From contig NC_010085.1 in NCBI RefSeq assembly GCF_000018465.1, positions 1,410,001 through 1,442,000 of the forward strand: DNA of 32,000 nt, given 5' to 3'. A program made the translations under genes and the position numbers. Origin of the DNA: Nitrosopumilus maritimus SCM1. GTDB lineage: Archaea > Thermoproteota > Nitrososphaeria > Nitrososphaerales > Nitrosopumilaceae. Of this stretch, positions 17,870 through 26,415 are shown in pieces (positions within the stretch are counted from its first letter, which is position 1; every line of letters begins with the position of its first letter). Under the pieces are notes generated by a model, which was not told the DNA's origin, searched no databases, and saw only the letters and a program-made list of their open reading frames with translations.

Positions 17870-19126
17870 TTAATTTTGTTCAAGCAGTTCTTTTGCTCTA
17901 TTTACTGAAATGTTGTTTTCTTCAATCATCTGAGAAACTATCTTGTCAATTTGTTCAGTAGAAGCACCTGCTGCAGATGCTAGATTCCTTGCATGTAGCC
18001 TCATGTGTCCTTTCTGAATTCCATCAGTTGCAAGTGCCCTCATGGCACTAAAGTTTTGAGCCAATCCTGTTGCAGTTATTATACATGCCATCTCTTTTGC
18101 AGATTCTGCGCCTAAAATTTTAGTACAGATTTTTGCAACTGGATGAACATTGATTATTCCACCTACAATGCCAACAGATAATGGGATTTCCAATGTACCA
18201 ACAAGATTTCCATCTGAATCCTTAGTCCACTCTGATAGCGACCGGTATTGTCCAGAACGTGATGCATATGCATTTGCCGCAGCTTCAATTGCACGACTGT
18301 CTTGTCCTGTAGCATTAGCTACTGCAATAATTCCATTCATAATTCCTTTGTTGTGAGTTACTGCTCTATACACATCATGTTTTGCAAATTGATATGCATG
18401 AATCATGTTATCTACAACTTTTTCGCCTCCAACTGATTCTTTGTCAAATACAGCAGTTGCCTTTACCATTCGTCTTGTGGAATAGTTTGATAAAATTCGA
18501 AGAAGTGTTTTTCCACTAGTTAATTTTTCAATTAATGGTGCTACACCTTCACACATCGTATTAGTAACATTTGCACCCATTGCATCACCCACATCAATTA
18601 ATAATTCAACAATTAACATTGGTTCAAAATCAGTATCAAGTTTTTTACAAGTAATCTCTTTTGCACCTTTTCCCATCTTAGAAAGAGTATTACTTTTTGA
18701 ATTTGCAAGTTCTAGAATTTCCTTAATGTTTTCTTTAATTTTAGAAATAGCATTATCAATATCTGTGCCTAAAACTTGAATTTGCCCAATACTGTAGGAT
18801 TCATCAGCTACTACTGCAAATCCACCTTTAGGTCTTGCAAGTTTTGCTGCTTTTGATGCTGCTGCAATCACAGAAGGCTCTTCAATCACCATGGGAACAA
18901 GATAATCTTTATTGTTAATTTTGAAGTTGGTTGCAACTCCTAGTGGAAGTGAAAATGTTCCAAACGCATTTTCCACCATTTTGTCTGCTTTATCAAATGT
19001 AATTCCGCCATCTGGTAGTTCTAATGATTTTACGTCATCTTCTGAAAGATTTGCAAAATTTTTGATAACATCTAATCTTTCTGTTCTTGTTTTTTCAAAA
19101 AATTTTGAAATGGACGAATCAGGCAT
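17870..19126 (-). CDS. 3-hydroxy-3-methylglutaryl-CoA reductase, class II-like
   Basis: MVIEEPSVIAAASKAAKLARPKGGF, SIGQIQVLG, DVGDAMGANVTNTMCEGVAPLIEKL, HNKGIMNGIIAVANATGQDSRAIEAAANAYASRSGQYRSLSEW, VGTLEIPLSVGIVGGIINVHP. Confidence 0.93.
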   Translation of the reverse strand: MPDSSISKFFEKTRTERLDVIKNFANLSEDDVKSLELPDGGITFDKADKMVENAFGTFSLPLGVATNFKINNKDYLVPMVIEEPSVIAAASKAAKLARPKGGFAVVADESYSIGQIQVLGTDIDNAISKIKENIKEILELANSKSNTLSKMGKGAKEITCKKLDTDFEPMLIVELLIDVGDAMGANVTNTMCEGVAPLIEKLTSGKTLLRILSNYSTRRMVKATAVFDKESVGGEKVVDNMIHAYQFAKHDVYRAVTHNKGIMNGIIAVANATGQDSRAIEAAANAYASRSGQYRSLSEWTKDSDGNLVGTLEIPLSVGIVGGIINVHPVAKICTKILGAESAKEMACIITATGLAQNFSAMRALATDGIQKGHMRLHARNLASAAGASTEQIDKIVSQMIEENNISVNRAKELLEQN

Positions 19127-19127
19127 T

Positions 19128-20219
19128 TTATTTCAATATCCTCAATAATTTATCATCATTAGCAGCTGGAAAACCTTTTCCATCAGTGTTAGAAGTAATC
19201 ACATAGAGATATCCATCAGGACCTTGAACCACGTCACGAACACGTCCAATTCCACTAAGAATAGATTTTTGAGAACTCAATCCCTCATCAAAATCTACTT
19301 GATAGACATTTGATGCCCTCATTGAAGCCATAATGAAAGGGAATTCAAAATCGAATTTGTCACCAGTATAGTACAAGATTCCTCCAGGCTCTATGCTTGG
19401 ATCATAACAAAGAACAGCATTTTCAAAACTTTCATTGCCAGAGCATTCTTGTTCTGGCCAACCATAATTCTTACCTGCCAAAATTATATTGATTTCATCA
19501 TTTTTTTCAGGTCCAAATTCTGATACATACAAGTTACCATTATTATCCCAAGTCATTCCTTGAGGATTCCTGTGTCCTAAAGAGTATACAGGAGAATTTG
19601 AAAAAGGATTATCGTCAGGAATTGAACCATCATCGTTTATTCGTAAAATTTTACCTGAAAGTGAATCAAGATCTTGCGGTAAATGAGATGAATCAGATGT
19701 AGCACCTGTACCTACATACAACTTTCCATCAGGTCCAAATTTGATAAAACCACCATTTGTAAAAGAAGACCCTGGAATTTTATCAAAAATAGTTTCTGCA
19801 TCTTGTAATTTATTTTCAGATTCGGTTATTCGTAGTATTTTATTCCACAATGCTTCATCTTCTTCATAAGTCAAAAATACATAGAGGTAATGGTTCTCTG
19901 CAAAATTTGGATGTAAATCAATTCCTAACAATCCACCATCAAAAACATTAGCAGAACGAAAAGTAGCAAGTGGGGATTCTAGTTGAATATCGTTTTCAAT
20001 TACTACAATAGAACCATCTTTTTCTGTTACAAAAATTCGATTATCAGATACTGCAATTGAACGAGGCTTTTCTAGATTCTCTGCTAAAATATCAAAGGAG
20101 TCATTTTTAGAATTAAAGTTAGGTTCTGGTAATGGAATAGGATCTGATGGAAGTGTTAAGGTGTATACAGAAAAAGCAATTGCAACAACAACAGCTACAA
20201 TTGAGATTCTTTTATCCAT
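19128..20219 (-). CDS. PQQ-dependent aldose sugar/glucose-sorbosone dehydrogenase-like beta-propeller protein, membrane-anchored or secreted
   Basis: N-terminal ISIVAVVVAIAFSVYTL signal/TM; NLEKPRSIAVSDNRIFVTEKDG, GLLGIDLHPNFAENHYLYVFLTY, GGFIKFGPDGKLYVGTGA, GHRNPQGMTWDNNGNLYVSEFGPEKNDEIN, YGWPE. Confidence 0.88.
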   Translation of the reverse strand: MDKRISIVAVVVAIAFSVYTLTLPSDPIPLPEPNFNSKNDSFDILAENLEKPRSIAVSDNRIFVTEKDGSIVVIENDIQLESPLATFRSANVFDGGLLGIDLHPNFAENHYLYVFLTYEEDEALWNKILRITESENKLQDAETIFDKIPGSSFTNGGFIKFGPDGKLYVGTGATSDSSHLPQDLDSLSGKILRINDDGSIPDDNPFSNSPVYSLGHRNPQGMTWDNNGNLYVSEFGPEKNDEINIILAGKNYGWPEQECSGNESFENAVLCYDPSIEPGGILYYTGDKFDFEFPFIMASMRASNVYQVDFDEGLSSQKSILSGIGRVRDVVQGPDGYLYVITSNTDGKGFPAANDDKLLRILK

Positions 20220-20273
20220 GAAAAATCAAGTTATTCAAATCATATTAATTACTTTCAAGAATTCAATAAAGCG

Positions 20274-20280
20274 TATATAC
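20274..20280 (+). promoter_or_regulatory. Candidate box A for the initiator tRNA-Met
   Basis: TATATAC centred about 26 bp upstream of the mature tRNA 5' end. Confidence 0.55.
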
Positions 20281-20302
20281 GGCTCGTGTTAATTTCTCAA
20301 TC

Positions 20303-20377
20303 AGCGGGGTGGGGAAGCCAGGTCATCCCGGCGGGCTCATAACCCGCAGTTCAGTAGTTCAAATCTACTCCCCGCTA
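20303..20377 (+). tRNA. Initiator tRNA-Met (CAT anticodon)
   Basis: 75-nt cloverleaf: acceptor AGCGGGG/CCCCGCT, D stem GGGA/TCCC, anticodon stem-loop GCGGG-CTCATAA-CCCGC, T arm AGTAG-TTCAAAT-CTACT, discriminator A. A1-U72 and three G-C pairs at the base of the anticodon stem are initiator hallmarks. CCA is not encoded (next bases CTT). Confidence 0.97.
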
Positions 20378-20378
20378 C

Positions 20379-21731
20379 TTAATTTTGATAAACACAAAAC
20401 CAAGATAGAGAATTTTTGAAATTAGTTGATTTGTTTTGAATGCCTTGTCTTTGTTGAGGACGTGTAAGGTGTCTATGAGCAGAAATTTTTGGCAAATACA
20501 GTTGTGGGCCTAGGTTTCTAGTAACTATTTCATTTATTTTTCTTGAAGATTTTTTTCCACAGCGAATGCATTCAAATCCTTGTCCCTTGCCTTTAGATTT
20601 CATTTTTTTAGTACATTTTTTACAAATTGGATTTGATGTCTTGGTTTGTTTTTTAAGAGAAATAATTTGAATAAATTCAAGATTAATTATTCGAGGGAAA
20701 TTTTTTGAAGCCTTTCTAACTCCCCCACCCACAGAAATTTTATCGCCTTTGATCAAATTTGAAGCAATAACAGACATGCCCGTTGGTTTGTAAACTGCGC
20801 ACCAAAACTCATTACCATTTGAGAGGATTTTAAAAAATACATGTCCTCCTTTGGCAATTCTGGGGGAATTTGAAACAACTCCAGTTAATTTTCCAGAAGC
20901 ATATGGTTTCATTGTTTCAAAAGTAAGTTCATTCTTCAAATGGTCACCAGTTCCTTGATTAGATTTGAAGATCATGTAACCATCTAGTTTTTCTTCACTT
21001 TTTAGAATCTTAGATGCAGAAACTAGTGCATCTACATTTTCACCACGGACACCAAAAAATACAGGATCTGGACCGTGAGGAGTGATTAAAACTCGCCCTT
21101 TTTTTGTATCAAAACTATTGAAAGTGTCAGGATAGGTTTTTTCTTGCATTTCCTTAACGCTTTTTGTTGAAATTTTTCTTTCTTTTCCAAATTTTTGTTT
21201 TTTACGATAACTCAATAGCTCTAGTGTATGATCATTAAAATCATAACCTATTGCACCAATTGCACCAACCAATCCTTGTCCATTTCCTTTGTAGAAATAT
21301 TCAAGATTGTTTTTTTTAGCAAACTTTTTTGCGTTATTTCGATTAATTAATTGCCATAAAGCTAAATTACTAAATTTTGTAAATTCATTAGGAATTGAAT
21401 CACTTTCAAAAAAAACTAAACCAGGATTTGCTCCATTTTTTGTATCAGAATATTTTGAAACAAGATTTTTGATTTGATTTTTTATTTTTGATGGATTACT
21501 AGTCTTAATTTTGATAGAAACTGCTCCATTTCCACGTGTTTTCCATGGAATGTTTGGATTGAATCGAATTAATCTTGGAAAATCAAGAAATTCAGTTTTC
21601 TGTTTTTTGAGTAAATCTACTACTTTGTAAGCCAAAAAAGTAGTACACATTCCTTTTGGAGAATCAGTATCATCAAAGCCAATGTTTAGAACAGTTTTTT
21701 TTACCACGTTTTTGGTAACTAATTCAGACAT
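20379..21731 (-). CDS. tiaS: tRNA(Ile2) 2-agmatinylcytidine synthetase
   Basis: VLNIGFDDTDSPKGMCTTFLAYKVVDLLKK; WKTRGNGAVSI; GLVGAIGAIGYDF; YMIFKSNQGTGDHL; C-terminal zinc ribbon CKKCTKKMKSKGKGQGFECIRCGKKSS. Track start is 21746; ATG 21731 (MSELVTKN) is an alternative start. Confidence 0.92.
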   Translation of the reverse strand: MSELVTKNVVKKTVLNIGFDDTDSPKGMCTTFLAYKVVDLLKKQKTEFLDFPRLIRFNPNIPWKTRGNGAVSIKIKTSNPSKIKNQIKNLVSKYSDTKNGANPGLVFFESDSIPNEFTKFSNLALWQLINRNNAKKFAKKNNLEYFYKGNGQGLVGAIGAIGYDFNDHTLELLSYRKKQKFGKERKISTKSVKEMQEKTYPDTFNSFDTKKGRVLITPHGPDPVFFGVRGENVDALVSASKILKSEEKLDGYMIFKSNQGTGDHLKNELTFETMKPYASGKLTGVVSNSPRIAKGGHVFFKILSNGNEFWCAVYKPTGMSVIASNLIKGDKISVGGGVRKASKNFPRIINLEFIQIISLKKQTKTSNPICKKCTKKMKSKGKGQGFECIRCGKKSSRKINEIVTRNLGPQLYLPKISAHRHLTRPQQRQGIQNKSTNFKNSLSWFCVYQN

Positions 21732-21789
21732 TTTTAGTTGTTGCAAGATACAGTTGGTTTAAATTAATAAAATAACATTTCAAGCTAAA

Positions 21790-22785
21790 TTGATTGTAAT
21801 AGATGAGAAAAGGATTTTTCAGGAGATAGAAGAAAAAAATCCTGCATCAGTTTCATTAAATGGGCCAGATGGAATTTTGCCACAAGTACAAGAAACTGCA
21901 AAAAATATTACAAAAAAATTTGGCATTCCAGCATATGTTCTAGCTGATACAACTTGGGGAACGTGTGATTTGAATTCAAATGGTTCCAAAGTTCTTGGTG
22001 CAGAAATTCAATTCAACATAGGTCATACAATAAACACTGAGACATATGAAAAAAATTTGATTCTAATTGATGCTTATGATGATGTAGAATTTGACAGTGT
22101 AGCAAAAAAATGTGCAGAATTACTGAAAGGAAAAGTAATTTCTCTAGTAACAGATAGTCAACACTTGCATCAAGTAGATAAAGTTGAAAAAATTTTAACA
22201 GAAAATGGAATTACAGTAAAGATTGGAAAAGGTAAAGGACAGTTAAATGATGGACAAGTATTTGGTTGTGAATTTTATCCTGCAACAGATCTAAAAAAAG
22301 AAGTAGATGCATACGTTTTCTTGGGACAAAGTAATTTTCATGCATCGGGAATTGCATTATCCACAAATCTGCCAACATATGTTTTAGATCCTTACTTTAA
22401 TGAAGTAAGAGAGGTTACAGATTTTGCACAGAAATTAAAAAAGAAAGCTACTCTTGCAATATACAAAGCAGCTGAAGCAAAAACTTTTGGAGTGATTGTG
22501 GGATTGAAAGAGGGTCAATTATCAAAGGTTTTTGCATTAAAAATCAAAGAAGAGTTGGAGGCAGAAGGAAAAGAAGTTCAATTATTTGCATTGACAGACA
22601 TAACAAATGACAGATTAAGAAATCTAAAAGGAATTGATGCTTTTATTCAGGTTGCATGTCCTAGAATTTCTACAGACAATCAGTTTGACAAGCCTGTTTT
22701 ATCATCACCTCAGGCTAATGCATTGTTAAAAATTCTTAGAAATGAAAGTATTGAGGGGTATTTAGAAATCCCACATTGGTTATGA
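21790..22785 (+). CDS. dph2: Diphthamide biosynthesis protein Dph2 (archaeal 3-amino-3-carboxypropyl transferase)
   Basis: 331 aa from TTG start; ADTTWGTCDLNSNGSKVLGAEIQFNIGHT, GCEFYPA, FLGQSNFHASG, DAFIQVACPRISTDNQFDKPVLSSPQAN. Confidence 0.88.
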   Translation: MIVIDEKRIFQEIEEKNPASVSLNGPDGILPQVQETAKNITKKFGIPAYVLADTTWGTCDLNSNGSKVLGAEIQFNIGHTINTETYEKNLILIDAYDDVEFDSVAKKCAELLKGKVISLVTDSQHLHQVDKVEKILTENGITVKIGKGKGQLNDGQVFGCEFYPATDLKKEVDAYVFLGQSNFHASGIALSTNLPTYVLDPYFNEVREVTDFAQKLKKKATLAIYKAAEAKTFGVIVGLKEGQLSKVFALKIKEELEAEGKEVQLFALTDITNDRLRNLKGIDAFIQVACPRISTDNQFDKPVLSSPQANALLKILRNESIEGYLEIPHWL

Positions 22786-23379
22786 TACTAGTTTTTGAAA
22801 TTTAGGATTATCAGATAGTTTTTCAAAAGATTTTGATTTTTGTGCTTTAATTTTGTATTGCTTCCCTTGAGAAATTGATTTTTCAAGTAGCAATAATGAA
22901 TCGTCTACTTTTGAAAGCATTGCCAAACTACAAGATTTATCAAACAAGACATCACCGTTTTCAGGATAATCATTCAAAATTATATCACAACAAGAAATAG
23001 AATCATCATATCTATCCATAGAAAATAGAATTCTTTCCTTGTGATATAACGCAATATTGTATTTTGGATTAGACTCTAAAATTTTATCACATATAGACAA
23101 TCCTTCAGAAAGATTTCCTTGTTTTCTAAAAGAAGAGATTTTGTTTACCAACACAGAAAGATCATCAGGATAGTTTTCAAGTGCCAAATCATAGCACTTC
23201 ATAGCACTTTGATAGTCCTTTAGTTTACTTAGGGCATATCCTTTGTTGTTAAGAGAACTCAGGTGTTTTGGGTTTTCATCTAGAATTTTGTCATAATAAG
23301 CAATTGCTTCGGTGTACTTTCCTTTTAAAAATAATCTATTTCCTTCATCTAAAATTGAATTTGTTTTTGGATCATCCAT
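22780..23379 (-). CDS. Tetratricopeptide-repeat protein
   Basis: 199 aa with about five TPR units: GNRLFLKGKYTEAIAYYDKILDENPKHLSSLNNKGYALSKLKDYQSAMKCYDLALENYPDD... Confidence 0.88.
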   Translation of the reverse strand: MDDPKTNSILDEGNRLFLKGKYTEAIAYYDKILDENPKHLSSLNNKGYALSKLKDYQSAMKCYDLALENYPDDLSVLVNKISSFRKQGNLSEGLSICDKILESNPKYNIALYHKERILFSMDRYDDSISCCDIILNDYPENGDVLFDKSCSLAMLSKVDDSLLLLEKSISQGKQYKIKAQKSKSFEKLSDNPKFQKLVS

Positions 23380-23385
23380 GAATAA

Positions 23386-24459
23386 TCAGTTTGGTTTCAT
23401 AATGATTTTTCCAAAAAGTCCTTTACCTTTTAGCATCTTTGTATGGGCTTCAGCAGCTTGCTCAAGCGTATATTCAGAATCAATTATGGATTTTATTTTT
23501 CCTTTAGACATCCAATAAAATCCCTCTTCAAGCTCAGCTCTTGTTCCCTGAGTTGAACCCAAAATGTTTAGTCCTTTAAAGAAAATATGTCTAAGATCAG
23601 TTTTTGCCATATAACCAGTAGTCGCACCAGTAGTAATCACAGTGCCTCCATAGTTTAGAAGAGTGAGTTCTTTGTTCCAATGAGAGCCTCCAATATGTTC
23701 AAAAATTACATCTACACCAGGAACCTCCCCAAATGGTTTTGGAAGTTTTTTTGCAATTGCTCTTACTTCTTTATGCCAGTCTTCTTTTCTATGATCAATT
23801 GCATAGTCTGCTCCAAGTTCAAGTAGTTGATCTAATTTATCAGGACTAGCAGTTGCAATTACAGTACAACCAAAAAGTTTTGCAATCTGAATTCCATAAT
23901 TTCCAACACCAGAACCTCCGCCCATGATCAAAACTAATTGTCCAGGTTGAATTTTTGCTCTGCCAACTAACATATGCCAAGAAGTTAACATGGTCATAGA
24001 TGCAGCTGCTGCTTCTTCATATGATATTCCTTCAGGGATTTTTACAACATTGACTTCTGGAAGATGAGTATATTCACAGTATCCTCCCCAAAGAGGACCT
24101 GTTTCAAATCCCCAAATGGTTCGTTTTTTACAATCATATTCGCGTCCGGATGTACATCTCTTACACACCCTACAAGACATGTTTCCATGTGAAACCACTC
24201 TATCACCTACTTTGAAATTTTTTACATCTTCACCTACTGCAGTTACTTCACCTGCGGCATCAGTTCCAGAAATATGAGGTAAAGGAATTGCAAGAGGTTT
24301 GCCTCTCATTCCCCAAATATCATCATAATTTAATGCGGCTGCCTTTACTTTGAAAACTACTTCGTTTGATTTTGGTTCAGGAATTGGCAGATCTTTAATT
24401 TTTAAAATTTTAGAAAAATCATCATCAGTAGTATATTCTTCATAAACTAGAGCCTTCAT
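23386..24459 (-). CDS. MDR-superfamily (zinc alcohol dehydrogenase-like) oxidoreductase; candidate enoyl/acryloyl-CoA or quinone-type reductase
   Basis: MKALVYEEYTTDDDF start at 24459; GTDAAGEVTAVGEDVKNFKVGDRV; structural-zinc CRVCKRCTSGREYDC; LIMGGGSGVGNYGIQIAKLFG. The track extension to 24702 overlaps the divergent csl4 gene and is implausible. Confidence 0.85.
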   Translation of the reverse strand: MKALVYEEYTTDDDFSKILKIKDLPIPEPKSNEVVFKVKAAALNYDDIWGMRGKPLAIPLPHISGTDAAGEVTAVGEDVKNFKVGDRVVSHGNMSCRVCKRCTSGREYDCKKRTIWGFETGPLWGGYCEYTHLPEVNVVKIPEGISYEEAAAASMTMLTSWHMLVGRAKIQPGQLVLIMGGGSGVGNYGIQIAKLFGCTVIATASPDKLDQLLELGADYAIDHRKEDWHKEVRAIAKKLPKPFGEVPGVDVIFEHIGGSHWNKELTLLNYGGTVITTGATTGYMAKTDLRHIFFKGLNILGSTQGTRAELEEGFYWMSKGKIKSIIDSEYTLEQAAEAHTKMLKGKGLFGKIIMKPN

Positions 24460-24546
24460 GATTTTTTTCATATGTGTGTAAATATATGATTTATCCAGAT
24501 CATTTGGGCCATAAACAATTATAATCACAAAAACAAGAATTTCAGC

Positions 24547-25098
24547 ATGTCTGAAAATGCAACATATCCAGGTGAAAAAATAGCATCTATTGAAGAATAT
24601 GAGGCAGGATACAATGCTTTTGATGATGGAGATATGGTCAGAGCAGCAACTATTGGCCAAAAAGACATCGATAAAACCACCAGAACTGCAAATATCAATC
24701 ATCCAAAGAATCTATCCATACCAAAAGTAGGAGATGTTGTAATTGGAACAGTTGCAGCAGTAATGTCATCTATGATTGCAGTTTCAATTGATTACATTAA
24801 TGGAAATCCAACTACATCTAAAGTTGAATGTGTATGTTCTACAAGAAACATTAGAAAAAGAAATATCGCACTAGTAAACGATATAGCAAAATTAAAAATT
24901 TTAAATCATCTTAATGGTACGATTCATGCAACAATAGATGAGTCAAGTTTAGGGATACTATTTACAAAATGTCGCAAATGTGGTGGAAAAGTAGTACCTA
25001 TGCGTGATGCTATAAAATGTACAGAGTGTTCATGGATTGATGAAAGAAAACTATCTGCAGACTTTGGTAAAAGCGATTTCGTAAAACTGAGAGAATAA
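24547..25098 (+). CDS. csl4: Exosome complex RNA-binding subunit Csl4 (S1 domain and C-terminal zinc ribbon)
   Basis: YPGEKIASIEEYEAGYNAFDDGDMVRAATIG; VGDVVIGTVAAVMSSMIAVSI; CRKCGGKVVPMRDAIKCTECSWIDERKLS. Confidence 0.9.
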   Translation: MSENATYPGEKIASIEEYEAGYNAFDDGDMVRAATIGQKDIDKTTRTANINHPKNLSIPKVGDVVIGTVAAVMSSMIAVSIDYINGNPTTSKVECVCSTRNIRKRNIALVNDIAKLKILNHLNGTIHATIDESSLGILFTKCRKCGGKVVPMRDAIKCTECSWIDERKLSADFGKSDFVKLRE

Positions 25099-25100
25099 AA

Positions 25101-25916
25101 ATGATTAATGTATCGTTCCAAGGTGAACGAGGTGCATATAGTGAAGCTGCAGCAAGATCATTCTTTGAGGAAGATATTGAAACAGTTCCATTTGCAACGT
25201 TTGCCGAAGTTTTAGAAAACACATCTAAAGAAAAAACAGAGTATTCAGTTTTACCTGTAGAGAATTCATTAGAAGGTAGTGTTGGAGAGAGTTACGATTT
25301 ATTGTATTCTACATCATTGAATGCAACAGGAGAAATCTATCATAGAATTGAACATTGTCTAATTGGGATTGGAGAGATAAATGAAGTTGATACGGTGTAT
25401 TCACATCCACAAGCTTTGGGTCAATGTAGAAAATTCATTGAAGAACACAAAATGAAAACAATTCCAGCATACGATACTGCAGGGAGTGTAAAAATAATCA
25501 AAGAGTTAAACAAGAAAAATTGTGCTTGTATTGCAAGCAAAACAGCATCTACAATTTATGATGTTCCTGTTATTGCAGAAAATATTGCAAATAACTTGAA
25601 CAATTACACACGATTTCTAATACTATCAAAAAAAGAATCAACAATTACTGGAAATGACAAGACGTCAATAATTTTCTCAATAAAACACGAGCCTGGATCA
25701 TTATACAGAATAATTGAGAATTTCCACAAAAATAATGTAAATCTAACAAAGATAGAATCAAGGCCAACTAGGAGCAATACATGGGAATACAATTTCTATG
25801 TAGACTTTGAGGGACATCAAAAAGATTCCAAGATTTCAGAAATGTTAGAAAAAATCAAACAAGACACGTTATTTTTGAAAGTTTTGGGTTCGTATCCTTC
25901 AGCAAAACTTAGCTAA
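25101..25916 (+). CDS. pheA: Prephenate dehydratase with C-terminal ACT domain
   Basis: VSFQGERGAYSEAAARSFF, YSVLPVENSLEGSVGESYDLL, VYSHPQALGQCRKFI, NYTRFLIL; ACT region KTSIIFSIKHEPGSLYRIIENFHKNNVNLTKIESRPTRSNTWEYNFYVDFEGH. Confidence 0.94.
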   Translation: MINVSFQGERGAYSEAAARSFFEEDIETVPFATFAEVLENTSKEKTEYSVLPVENSLEGSVGESYDLLYSTSLNATGEIYHRIEHCLIGIGEINEVDTVYSHPQALGQCRKFIEEHKMKTIPAYDTAGSVKIIKELNKKNCACIASKTASTIYDVPVIAENIANNLNNYTRFLILSKKESTITGNDKTSIIFSIKHEPGSLYRIIENFHKNNVNLTKIESRPTRSNTWEYNFYVDFEGHQKDSKISEMLEKIKQDTLFLKVLGSYPSAKLS

Positions 25917-26380
25917 AAGCCTTTTGGCTTTCTTAATGTAAAGCCCATACTAAATCCAATAATGACCATTCCAGAGATAATGACCATTAGATCAAAAGTA
26001 AACCATATTGGATCAGAACTTCTAATCAAGGTTCCAGTAATCTCTAAATCAGTATTTCCAGTATTTTGAATATTGATTATTGTTGGTCCATCTTCATTAT
26101 GTACCCACTCTAGTGTTGCATCCTTTTTGTAAGATGTTTTTGGAATTTGCAATCCATCACCAGGACTTTGTAATTTCAAATCAAAAGAATCACCAACAAT
26201 GTTCATTGTTTGTGGAGTGCCAGCAGGAGCAGGAATTGTATAAAGTGTTGAATCGCCAGTTCCAACAATATAATCTTCGTGAATTGTAATTGTTCCAATG
26301 TGTGTAATTAGAGAGTAACCACCTATACCGATAATTATGCTACCAACTACTAATCCAATTATAGTCCGTTTTGATAACAT
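25913..26380 (-). CDS. Hypothetical membrane protein with N- and C-terminal TM helices and an extracytoplasmic domain
   Basis: 155 aa; TIIGLVVGSIIIGIGGYSLI and WFTFDLMVIISGMVIIGFSMGFTL TM segments. Confidence 0.7.
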   Translation of the reverse strand: MLSKRTIIGLVVGSIIIGIGGYSLITHIGTITIHEDYIVGTGDSTLYTIPAPAGTPQTMNIVGDSFDLKLQSPGDGLQIPKTSYKKDATLEWVHNEDGPTIINIQNTGNTDLEITGTLIRSSDPIWFTFDLMVIISGMVIIGFSMGFTLRKPKGF

Positions 26381-26415
26381 GATTCAATCAATCCTAATAC
26401 TGCTTAAAAAATTAT

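Noticed and set aside
20303-20377. Possibility that the CAT-anticodon tRNA is tRNA-Ile2 (the TiaS substrate)
   Set aside because: A1-U72 and three consecutive G-C pairs at the anticodon stem base mark it as initiator tRNA-Met.
24460-24702. 81-codon N-terminal extension of the MDR reductase ORF
   Set aside because: Translation MIDICSSGGFIDVFLANSCC... is unlike the family, and it would overlap the divergent csl4 gene. MKALVYEEY at 24459 is the natural start.
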